A stretch of 64,000 nt of DNA from Antedon mediterranea (Eukaryota; Animalia; Echinodermata): NCBI RefSeq assembly GCF_964355755.1, contig NC_092672.1:16629237-16693236 (forward strand). Direction: 5' to 3'. Positions 51,701 through 64,000 of this stretch are shown one piece after another (positions within the stretch are counted from its first letter, which is position 1; the number at the start of each line of letters is the position of its first letter). The position numbers and the translations under genes are program-made. Under the pieces are notes generated by a model, which saw only the letters and a program-made list of their open reading frames with translations, did no database searches and had not been told where the DNA came from.

Positions 51701-54700
51701 CAGAATAGCTTCAAATCGCAGTTGGAGACGTTTTAGATCATTTTGTGATTTTCGAAAAAAAATTGTTAACATAAAAACATCAAAGTGCTTAAAATCACAT
51801 TAGAAACCGTTTTAGACCATTTTGAGCATTTCGATAAAACTTGTTAACATAAAAACATCAAAGTGTACAGAATAGCTTCAAATTGCATTTGGAGACGTTT
51901 TAGACCATTTTGTTATTTTCGAAAAAACTTGGTTACACAAAAACACCAAAGTGCTTAAAATAGCTTCAAATCGCATTTGGAGACGTTTTAGACCATTTTG
52001 TGATTTTCGAAAAAACTTAACATAAAAACATCAAAGTGCTTAAAATCACATTAGAAACCGTTTTAGACCATTTTGAGCATTTCGATAAAACTTTTCACAC
52101 AAAAACATCAAAGAGCACAAAATAGCTTAATATCGTATTTAAAAATGTTTTTGACCATTTTGAGCATTTCGACAAAAATTTTTCACACAAAACAGCAAAG
52201 TGTACAGAATAGCTTCAAATCGTATTTGGAGACGTTTTAGACCTTTTTGTGATTTTCGAAAAAACTTGTTAACATAAAAACACCAAAGTGCTAAGAATAG
52301 CTTCAAATCGCAATTGGAGATATTTTAGACCATTTTGTGTTTTTCGAAAGAACTTGTTAACATAAAAACATCAAAGTGCTTAAAATCACATTAGAAACCG
52401 TTTTAGACCATTTTGAGCATTTCGATAAAACTTTTCACACAAAAACATCAAAGAGCACAAAATAGCTTAATATCGTATTTAAAAACGTTTTTGACCATTT
52501 TGAGCATTTCGAAAAAAAATTTTCACACAAAACAGCAAAGTGCACAGAATAACTTCAAATCGCATTTGGAGACGTTTTAGACCATTCTGTGATTTTCGAA
52601 AAAACTTGTTAACATAAAAACATCAAAGTGCTTAAAATCACATTAGAAACCGTTTTAGACCATTTTGAGCATTTCGATAAAACTTTTCACACAAAAACAT
52701 CAAAGAGCCCAAAATAGATTAATATCGTATTTAAAAACGTTTTTGACCATTTTGAGCATTTCGACAAAAAAATTTCACACAAAACAGCAAAGTGCACAGA
52801 ATAACTTCAAATCGCATTTGGAGACGTTTTAGACCATTTTGTGATTTTCGAAAAAAACTTGTTAACATAAAAACACCAAAGTGCTTAGAATAGCTTCAAA
52901 TCGCATTTTGAGACATTTTAGACCCTTTTGTGATTTTCGAAAAAACTTGGTTACACAAAAACACCAAAGTGCTTAAAATCACATTAGAAACCGTTTTAGA
53001 CCATTTTGAGGATTTCGATAAAACTTTTCACACAAAAACATCAAAGAGCACAAAATAGCTTAATATCGTATTTAAAAACGTTTTTGACCATTTTGAGCAT
53101 TTCGACAAAAAAATTTCACACAAAACAGCAAAGTGCACAGAATAACTTCAAATCGCATTTGGAGACGTTTTAGACCATTTTGTGATTTTCGAAAAAACTT
53201 GTTAACATAAAAACACCAAAGTGCTTAGAATAGCTTCAAATCGCATTTGGAGACGTTTTAGACCATGTTGTGATTTTCGAAAAAACTTAAGATAAAAATA
53301 TCAAAGTGCTTCAAATCACATTAGAAACCGTTTTAGACCATTTTGAGCATTTCGACAAAAATTTTTCACACAAAACAGCAAAGTGTACAGAATAGCTTCA
53401 AATCGTATTTGGAGACGTTTTAGACCTTTTTGTGATTTTCGAAAAAACTTGTTAACATAAAAACACCAAAGTGCTTAGAATAGCTTCAAATCGCATTTTG
53501 AGACGTTTTAGACCATTCTGTGATTTTCGAAAAAACTTGTTAACATAAAAACATCAAAGTGCTTCAAATCACATTAGAAACCGTTTTAGACCATTTTGAG
53601 CATTTCGACAAAAAATTTTAACACAAAACAGCAAAGTGTACAGAATAGCTTCAAATCGTATTTGCAGACGTTTTAGACCTTTTTGAGATTTTCGAAAAAA
53701 CTTGTAACATAAAAACATCAAAGTGCTTCAAATCACATTAGAAACCGTTTTAGACCATTTTGAGCATTTCGACAAAAATTTTTCACACAAAACAGCAAAG
53801 TGCACAGAATAACTTCAAATCGCATTTGGAGACGTTTTAGACCATTTTGTGATTTTCGAAAAAACTTGTTAACATAAAAACACCAAAGTGCTTAGAATAG
53901 CTTCAAATCGCATTTTGAGACATTTTAGACCCTTTTGTGATTTTTGAAAAAACTTGTTAACATAAAAACATCAAAGTGCTTCAAATCACATTAGAAACCG
54001 TTTTAGACCATTTTGAGCATTTCGAAAAAAAAATTTTCACACAAAACAGCAAAGTGCACAGAATAACTTCAAATCGCATTTGGAGACGTTTTAGACCTTT
54101 TTGTGATTTTCGAAAAAACTTGTTAACATAAAAACACCAAAGTGCTAAGAATAGCTTCAAATCGCATTTGGAGACATTTTAGACTATTTTGTGTTTTTCG
54201 AAAAAACTTGTTAACATAAAAACATCAAAGTGTACAGAATAGCTTCAAATCGCATTTTGAGACATTTTAGACTATTTTGTGATTTTCGAAAAAACTTGTT
54301 AACATAAAAACATCAAAGTGCTTAAAATCACATTAGAAACCGTTTTAGACCATTTTAAGCATTTCGATAAAACTTTTCACACAAAAACATCAAAGAGCAC
54401 AAAATAGCTTAATATCGTATTTAAAAACGTTTTTGACCATTTTGAGCATTTCGACAAAAAATTTTTACACAAAACAGCAAAGTGCACAGAATAACTTCAA
54501 ATCGCATTTGGAGACGTTTTAGACCATTTTGTGATTTTCGAAAAAACTTGTTAACATAAAAACATCAAAGTGCTTCAAATCACATTAGAAACCGTTTTAG
54601 ACCATTTTGAGCATTTCGACAAAACTTTTCACACAAAAACATCAAAGAGCACAAAATAGCTTAATATCGTATTTAAAAACGTTTTTGACCATTTTGAGCA

Positions 54701-57700
54701 TTTCGACAAAAAAATTTCACACAAAACAGCAAAGTGCACAGAATAACTTCAAATCGCATTTGGAGACGTTTTAGACCATTTTGTGATTTTCGAAAAAACT
54801 TGTTAACATAAAAACACCAAAGTGCTTAGAATAGCTTCAAATCGCATTTTGAGACATTTTAGACCCTTTTGTGATTTTTGAAAAAAACTTGTTAACATAA
54901 AAACATCAAAGTGCTTCAAATCACATTAGAAACCGTTTTAGACCATTTTGAGCATTTCGATAAAACTTTTCACACAAAAACATCAAAGAGCACAAAATAG
55001 CTTAATATCGTATTTAAAAACGTTTTTGACCATTTTGAGCATTTAGACAAAAAATTTTCAAACAAAACAGCAAAGTGCACAGAATAACTTCAAATCGCAT
55101 TTGGAGACGTTTTAGACCATTCTGTGATTTTCGAAAAAACTTGTTAACATAAAAACATCAAAGTGCTTAAAATCACATTAGAAACCGTTTTAGACCATTT
55201 TGAGCATTTCGATAAAACTTTTCACACAAAAAACATTAAAGAGCACAAAATAGCTTAATATCGTATTTAAAAACGTTTTTGACCATTTTGAGCATTTCGA
55301 CAAAAATTTTTCACACAAAACAGCAAAGTGTACAGAATAGCTTCAAATCGTATTTGGAGACGTTTTAGACCTTTTTGTGATTTCCGAAAAAACTTGTTAA
55401 CATAAAAACACCAAAGTGCTTAGAATAGCTTCAAATCGCATTTGGAGACGTTTTAGACCATTTTGTGATTTTCGAAAAAACTTGTTAACATAAAAACACC
55501 AAAGTGCTTAGAATAGCTTCAAATCGCATTTTGAGACATTTTAGACCCTTTTGTGATTTTCGAAAAAACTTGGTTACACAAAAACACCAAAGTGCTTAAA
55601 ATAGCTTCAAATTGCATTTGGAGACGTTTTAGACCATTTTGTGATTTTCGAAAAAACTTGTTACCATAAAAACACCAAAGTGCTTAGATTAGCTTCAAAT
55701 CGCATTTTGAGACATTTTAGACCCTTTTGTGATTTTCGAAAAAACTTGTTAACATAAAAACACCAAAGAGCTTAGAATAGCTTCAAATCGCATTTTGAGA
55801 CATTTTAGACCATTTTGTGATTTTCGAAAAAACTTGTTAACATAAAAACACCAAAGTGCTTAAAATAGCTTCAAATCGCATTTGGAGAAGTTTTAAACCA
55901 TTTTGTGATTTTCGAAAAAACTTGTTAACATAAAAACATCAAAGTGTACAGAATAACTTCAAATCGCATTTGGAGACGTTTTAGACCATTTTGTGATTTT
56001 TGAAAAAACTTGTTAACATAAAAACACCAAAGTGCTTAGAATAGCTTCAAATCGCATTTTTAGACATTTTACACCCTTTTGTGATTTTCGAAAAAACTTG
56101 TTAAAATAAAAACATCAAAGTGTACAGAATAGCTTCAAATCGCATTTGGAGACGTTTTAGACCATTTTGTGATTTTGAAAAAAACTTAACATAAAAACAC
56201 CAAAGAGCTTAGAATAGCTTCAAATCGCATTTTAAGACATTTTAGACCATTTTGTGATTTTCGAAAAAACTTGTTAAAATAAAAACATCAAAATGTACAG
56301 AATAGCTTCAAATCGCATTTGGAGACGTTTTAGACCATTTTGTGATTTTGAAAAAAACTTGTTAACATAAAAACACCAAAGAGCTTAGAATAGCTTCAAA
56401 TCGCATTTTGAGACATTTTAGACCATTTTGTGTTTTTCGAAAAAACTTGTTAACATAAAAACATCAAAGTGTACAGAATAGCTTCAAATCGCATTTGGAG
56501 ACGTTTTAGACCATTTTGTGATTTTCGAAAAAACTTGTTAACATAAAAACATCAAAGTGCTTAGAATAGCTTCAAATCGCATTTGGAGACGTTTTAGACC
56601 ATTTTGTGATTTTCGAAAAAACTTGTTAACATAAAAACACCAAAGTGCTTAGAATAGCTTCAAATCGCATTTTGAGACATTTTAGACCCTTTTGTAATTT
56701 TCGAAAAAACTTGGTTACACAAAAACACCAAAGTGCTTAAAATAGCTTCAAATCGCATTTGGAGACATTTTAGAATATTTTGTGATTTTCGAAAAAACTT
56801 GGTTACACAAAAACACCAAAGTGCTTAAAATCACATTAGAAACCGTTTTAGACCATTTTGAGCATTTCGATAAAACTTTTCACACAAAAACATCAAAGAG
56901 CACAAAATAGCTTAATATCGTATTTAAAAACGTTTTTGACCATTTTGAGCATTTCGACAAAAAAATTTGACACAAAACAGCAAAGTGCACAGAATAACTT
57001 CAAATCGCATTTGGAGACGTTTTAGACCATTTTGTGATTTTCGAAAAAACTTGTTAACATAAAAACACCAAAGTGCTTAGAATAGCTTCAAATCGAATTT
57101 TGAGACATTTTAGACCCTTTTGTGATTTTTGAAAAAACTTGTTAACATAAAAACATCAAAGTGCTTCAAATCACATTAGAAACCCTTTTAGACCATTTTG
57201 AGAATTTCGATAAAACTTTTCACACAAAAACATCAAAGAGCACAAAATAGCTTAATATCGTATTTAAAAACGTTTTTGACCATTTTGAGCATTTAGACAA
57301 AAAATTTTGAAACAAAACAGCAAAGTGCACAGAATAACTTCAAATCGCATTTGGAGACGTTTTAGACCATTCTGTGATTTTCGAAAAAACTTGTTAACAT
57401 AAAAACATCAAAGTGCTTAAAATCACATTAGAAACCGTTTTAGACCATTTTGAGCATTTCGATAAAACTTTTCACACAAAAACATTAAAGAGCACAAAAT
57501 AGCTTAATATCGTATTTAAAAACGTTTTTGACCATTTTGAGCATTTCGACAAAAATTTTTCACACAAAACAGCAAAGTGTACAGAATAGCTTCAAATCGT
57601 ATTTGGAGACGTTTTAGACCTTTTTGTGATTTCCGAAAAAACTTGTTAACATAAAAACACCAAAGTGCTTAGAATAGCTTCAAATCGCATTTGGAGACGT

Positions 57701-60700
57701 TTTAGACCATTTTGTGATTTTCGAAAAAACTTGTTAACATAAAAACACCAAAGTGCTTAGAATAGCTTCAAATCGCATTTTGAGACATTTTAGACCCTTT
57801 TGTGATTTTCGAAAAAACTTGGTTACACAAAAACACCAAAGTGCTTAAAATAGCTTTAAATTGCATTTGGAGACGTTTTAGACCATTTTGTGATTTTCGA
57901 AAAAACTTGTTACCATAAAAACACCAAAGTGCTTAGATTAGCTTCAAATCGCATTTTGAGACATTTTAGACCCTTTTGTGATTTTTGAAAAAACTTGTTA
58001 ACATAAAAACACCAAAGAGCTTAGAATAGCTTCAAATCGCATTTTGAGACATTTTAGACCATTTTGTGATTTTCGAAAAAACTTGTTTGAATAGCTTCAA
58101 ATCGCATTTGGAGACGTTTTAGACCATTTTGTGATTTTCGAAAAAACTTGTTAACATAAAAACATCAAAGTGCTTAGAATAGCTTCAAATCGCATTTGGA
58201 GACGTTTTAGACCATTTTGTGATTTTCGAAAAAACTTGTTAACATAAAAACACCAAAGTGCTTAGAATAGCTTCAAATCGCATTTTGAGACATTTTAGAC
58301 CATTTTGTGATTTTCGAAAAAACTTGTTAACATAAAAACACCAAAGTGCTTAGAATAGCTTCAAATCGCATTTTGAGACATTTTAGACCCTTTTGTGATT
58401 TTCGAAAAAACTTGTTAACATAAAAATTCCAAAGTGCTAAGAATAGCTTCAAATCGCATTTGGAGACATTTTAGACCACTTTGTGATTTTCGAAAAAACT
58501 TGTTAACATAAAAACATCAAAGTGCTTAAAATCACATTAGAAACCGTTTTAGACCATTTTGAGCATTTCGATAAAACTTTTCACACAAAAACATCAAAGA
58601 GCACAAAATAGCTTAATATCGTATTTAAAAACGTTTTTGACCATTTTGAGCATTTCGACAAAAAAATTTCACACAAAACAGAAAAGTGTACAGACTAGCT
58701 TCAAATCGTATTTGGAGACGTTTTAGACCTTTTTGTGATTTTCGAAAAAACTTGTTAACATAAAAACACCAAAGTGCTAAGAATAGCTTCAAATCGCATT
58801 TTAGACCATTTTGTGTTTTTCGAAAAAACTTGTTAACATAAAAACACCAAAGTGCTTAAAATCACATTAGAAACCGTTTTAGACCATTTTGAGCATTTCG
58901 ATAAAACTTTTCACACAAAAACATCAAAGAGCACAAAATAGCTTAATATCGTAAAAACATCAAAGTGCTTAAAATCACATTAGAAACCGTTTTAGACCAT
59001 TTTGAGCATTTCGATAAAACTTTTCACACAAAAACATCAAAGAGCACAAAATAGCTTAATATCGTATTTAAAAACGTTTTTGACCATTTTGAGCATTTCG
59101 AAAAAAAAATTTTCACACAAAACAGCAAAGTGCACAGAATAACTTCAAATCGCATTTGGAGACGTTTTAGACCTTTTTGTGATTTTCGAAAAAACTTGTT
59201 AACATAAAAACACCAAAGTGCTAAGAATAGCTTCAAATCGCATTTGGAGACATTTTAGACTATTTTGTGTTTTTCGAAAAAACTTGTTAACATAAAAACA
59301 TCAAAGTGTACAGAATAGCTTCAAATCGCATTTTGAGACATTTTAGACTATTTTGTGATTTTCGAAAAAACTTGTTAACATAAAAACATCAAAGTGCTTA
59401 AAATCACATTAGAAACCGTTTTAGACCATTTTAAGCATTTCGATAAAACTTTTCACACAAAAACATCAAAGAGCACAAAATAGCTTAATATCGTATTTAA
59501 AAACGTTTTTGACCATTTTGAGCATTTCGACAAAAAATTTTTACACAAAACAGCAAAGTGCACAGAATAACTTCAAATCGCATTTGGAGACGTTTTAGAC
59601 CATTTTGTGATTTTCGAAAAAACTTGTTAACATAAAAACATCAAAGTGCTTCAAATCACATTAGAAACCGTTTTAGACCATTTTGAGCATTTCGACAAAA
59701 CTTTTCACACAAAAACATCAAAGAGCACAAAATAGCTTAATATCGTATTTAAAAACGTTTTTGACCATTTTGAGCATTTCGACAAAAAAATTTCACACAA
59801 AACAGCAAAGTGCACAGAATAACTTCAAATCGCATTTGGAGACGTTTTAGACCATTTTGTGATTTTCGAAAAAACTTGTTAACATAAAAACACCAAAGTG
59901 CTTAGAATAGCTTCAAATCGCATTTTGAGACATTTTAGACCCTTTTGTGATTTTTGAAAAAACTTGTTAACATAAAAACATCAAAGTGCTTCAAATCACA
60001 TTAGAAACCGTTTTAGACCATTTTGAGCATTTCGATAAAACTTTTCACACAAAAACATCAAAGAGCACAAAATAGCTTAATATCGTATTTAAAAACGTTT
60101 TTGACCATTTTGAGCATTTAGACAAAAAATTTTCAAACAAAACAGCAAAGTGCACAGAATAACTTCAAATCGCATTTGGAGACGTTTTAGACCATTCTGT
60201 GATTTTCGAAAAAACTTGTTAACATAAAAACATCAAAGTGCTTAGAATAGCTTCAAATCGCATTTGGAGACGTTTTAGACCATTTTGTGATTTTCGAAAA
60301 AATTTGTTAACATAAAAACACCAAAGTGCTTAGAATAGCTTCAAATCGCATTTTGAGACATTTTAGACCCTTTTGTGATTTTCGAAAAAACGTGGTTACA
60401 CAAAAACACCAAAGTGCTTAAAATAGCTTCAAATTGCATTTGGAGACGTTTTAGACCATTTTGTGATTTTCGAAAAAACTTGTTACCATAAAAACACCAA
60501 AGTGCTTAGATTAGCTTCAAATCGCATTTTGAGACATTTTAGACCCTTTTGTGATTTTCGAAAAAACTTGTTAACATAAAAACACCAAAGAGCTTAGAAT
60601 AGCTTCAAATCGCATTTTGAGACATTTTAGACCATTTTGTGATTTTCGAAAAAACTTGTTAACATAAAAACACCAAAGTGCTTAAAATAGCTTCAAATCG

Positions 60701-63700
60701 CATTTGGAGAAGTTTTAAACCATTTTGTGATTTTCGAAAAAACTTGTTAACATAAAAACATCAAAGTGTACAGAATAACTTCAAATCGCATTTGGAGACG
60801 TTTTAGACCATTTTGTGATTTTTGAAAAAACTTGTTAACATAAAAACACCAAAGTGCTTAGAATAGCTTCAAATCGCATTTTTAGACATTTTACACCCTT
60901 TTGTGATTTTCGAAAAAACTTGTTAAAATAAAAACATCAAAGTGTACAGAATAGCTTCAAATCGCATTTGGAGACGTTTTAGACCATTTTGTGATTTTGA
61001 AAAAAACTTAACATAAAAACACCAAAGAGCTTAGAATAGCTTCAAATCGCATTTTGAGACATTTTAGACCATTTTGTGATTTTCGAAAAAACTTGTTAAA
61101 ATAAAAACATCAAAATGTACAGAATAGCTTCAAATCGCATTTGGAGACGTTTTAGACCATTTTGTGATTTTGAAAAAAACTTGTTAACATAAAAACACCA
61201 AAGAGCTTAGAATAGCTTCAAATCGCATTTTGAGACATTTTAGACCATTTTGTGTTTTTCGAAAAAACTTGTTAACATAAAAACATCAAAGTGTACAGAA
61301 TAGCTTCAAATCGCATTTGGAGACGTTTTAGACCATTTTGTGATTTTCGAAAAAACTTGTTAACATAAAAACATCAAAGTGCTTAGAATAGCTTCAAATC
61401 GCATTTTGAGACATTTTAGACCCTTTTGTAATTTTCGAAAAAACTTGGTTACACAAAAACACCAAAGTGCTTAAAATAGCTTCAAATCGCATTTGGAGAC
61501 ATTTAGAATATTTTGTGATTTTCGAAAAAACTTGGTTACACAAAAACACCAAAGTGCTTAAAATCACATTAGAAACCGTTTTAGACCATTTTGAGCATTT
61601 CGATAAAACTTTTCACACAAAAACATCAAAGAGCACAAAATAGCTTAATATCGTATTTAAAAACGTTTTTGAACATTTTGAGCATTTCGACAAAAAAATT
61701 TGACACAAAACAGCAAAGTGCACAGAATAACTTCAAATCGCATTTGGAGACGTTTTAGACCATTTTGTGATTTTCGAAAAAACTTGTTAACATAAAAACA
61801 CCAAAGTGCTTAGAATAGCTTCAAATCGCATTTTGAGACATTTTAGACCCTTTTGTGATTTTTGAAAAAACTTGTTAACATAAAAACACCAAAGTGCTAA
61901 GAATAGCTTCAAATCGCATTTTAGACCATTTTGTGTTTTTCGAAAACAGCAAAGTGTACAGAATAGCTTCAAATCGTATTTGGAGACGTTTTAGACCTTT
62001 TTGTGATTTCCGAAAAAACTTGTTAACATAAAAACACCAAAGTGCTTAGAATAGCTTCAAATCGCATTTGGAGACGTTTTAGACCATTTTGTGATTTTCG
62101 AAAAAACTTGTTAACATAAAAACACCAAAGTGCTTAGAATAGCTTCAAATCGCATTTTGAGACATTTTAGACCCTTTTGTGATTTTCGAAAAAACTTGGT
62201 TACACAAAAACACCAAAGTGCTTAAAATAGCTTCAAATTGCATTTGGAGACGTTTTAGACCATTTTGTGATTTTCGAAAAAACTTGTTACCATAAAAACA
62301 CCAAAGTGCTTAGATTAGCTTCAAATCGCATTTTGAGACATTTTAGACCCTTTTGTGATTTTCGAAAAAACTTGTTAACATAAAAACACCAAAGAGCTTA
62401 GAATAGCTTCAAATCGCATTTTGAGACGTTTTAGACCTTTTTGTGATTTTCGAAAAAACTTGTTAACATAAAAACACCAAAGTGCTAAGAATAGCTTCAA
62501 ATCGCATTTTAGACCATTTTGTGTTTTTCGAAAAAACTTGTTAACATAAAAACACCAAAGTGCTTAAAATCACATTAGAAACCGTTTTAGACCATTTTGA
62601 GCATTTCGATAAAACTTTTCACACAAAAACATCAAAGAGCACAAAATAGCTTAATATCGTAAAAACATCAAAGTGCTTAAAATCACATTAGAAACCGTTT
62701 TAGACCATTTTGAGCATTTCGATAAAACTTTTCACACAAAAACATCAAAGAGCACAAAATAGCTTAATATCGTATTTAAAAACGTTTTTGACCATTTTGA
62801 GCATTTCGAAAAAAAAATTTTCACACAAAACAGCAAAGTGCACAGAATAACTTCAAATCGCATTTGGAGACGTTTTAGACCTTTTTGTGATTTTCGAAAA
62901 AACTTGTTAACATAAAAACACCAAAGTGCTAAGAATAGCTTCAAATCGCATTTGGAGACATTTTAGACTATTTTGTGTTTTTCGAAAAAACTTGTTAACA
63001 TAAAAACATCAAAGTGTACAGAATAGCTTCAAATCGCATTTTGAGACATTTTAGACTATTTTGTGATTTTCGAAAAAACTTGATAACATAAAAACATCAA
63101 AGTGCTTAAAATCACATTAGAAACCGTTTTAGACCATTTTAAGCATTTCGATAAAACTTTTCACACAAAAACATCAAAGAGCACAAAATAGCTTAATATC
63201 GTATTTAAAAACGTTTTTGACCATTTTGAGCATTTCGACAAAAAATTTTTACACAAAACAGCAAAGTGCACAGAATAACTTCAAATCGCATTTGGAGACG
63301 TTTTAGACCATTTTGTGATTTTCGAAAAAACTTGTTAACATAAAAACATCAAAGTGCTTCAAATCACATTAGAAACCGTTTTAGACCATTTTGAGCATTT
63401 CGACAAAACTTTTCACACAAAAACATCAAAGAGCACAAAATAGCTTAATATCGTATTTAAAAACGTTTTGTACCATTTTGAGCATTTCGACAAAAAAATT
63501 TCACACAAAACAGCAAAGTGCACAGAATAACTTCAAATCGCATTTGGAGACGTTTTAGACCATTTTGTGATTTTCGAAAAAACTTGTTAACATAAAAACA
63601 CCAAAGTGCTTAGAATAGCTTCAAATCGCATTTTGAGACATTTTAGACCCTTTTGTGATTTTTGAAAAAACTTGTTAACATAAAAACATCAAAGTGCTTC

Positions 63701-64000
63701 AAATCACATTAGAAACCGTTTTAGACCATTTTGAGCATTTCGATAAAACTTTTCACACAAAAACATCAAAGAGCACAAAATAGCTTAATATCGTATTTAA
63801 AAACGTTTTTGACCATTTTGAGCATTTAGACAAAAAATTTTCAAACAAAACAGCAAAGTGCACAGAATAACTTCAAATCGCATTTGGAGACGTTTTAGAC
63901 CATTCTGTGATTTTCGAAAAAACTTGTTAACATAAAAACATCAAAGTGCTTAGAATAGCTTCAAATCGCATTTGGAGACGTTTTAGACCATTTTGTGATT
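45757..64000 (-). repeat. Satellite array block 4b, inverted orientation, right of the transposon
   Basis: The interrupted monomer resumes exactly (AAAAACATCAAAGTGCTTAAAATCAC); continues past the window end. Confidence 0.98.

Noticed and set aside
9155-62944. Repeated 61-80 aa ORFs (MKLFLALWCFYVNKFF... and relatives)
   Set aside because: Chance open frames through satellite monomers, several with non-ATG starts; they recur only because the blocks are duplicated.

Overview
Eukaryotic (probably animal) AT-rich satellite array filling about 60 of the 64 kb; no intact protein-coding gene is supported. The basic monomer is 88 bp (type A). It occurs as pure A runs or in an A-B-C higher-order unit of 252 bp (87+87+78). 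The array switches orientation three times (about 10583, 32760 and 40943). The first and third junctions are identical and lie in a recent segmental duplication with a 30,360-bp offset. The only non-satellite DNA is a 3,975-bp non-autonomous DNA transposon (41782-45756) with TAG...CTA termini, about 140-bp imperfect TIRs and a 3-bp AAA target duplication, consistent with the Academ superfamily. Its empty pre-insertion site is present in the paralogous copy at about 11421. It carries a probable decayed transposase fragment, a Tc1/mariner-type MITE, a tRNA-derived SINE nested in that MITE, and two pairs of diverged internal direct repeats. Family assignments come from recall of terminal and protein motifs and need database confirmation.
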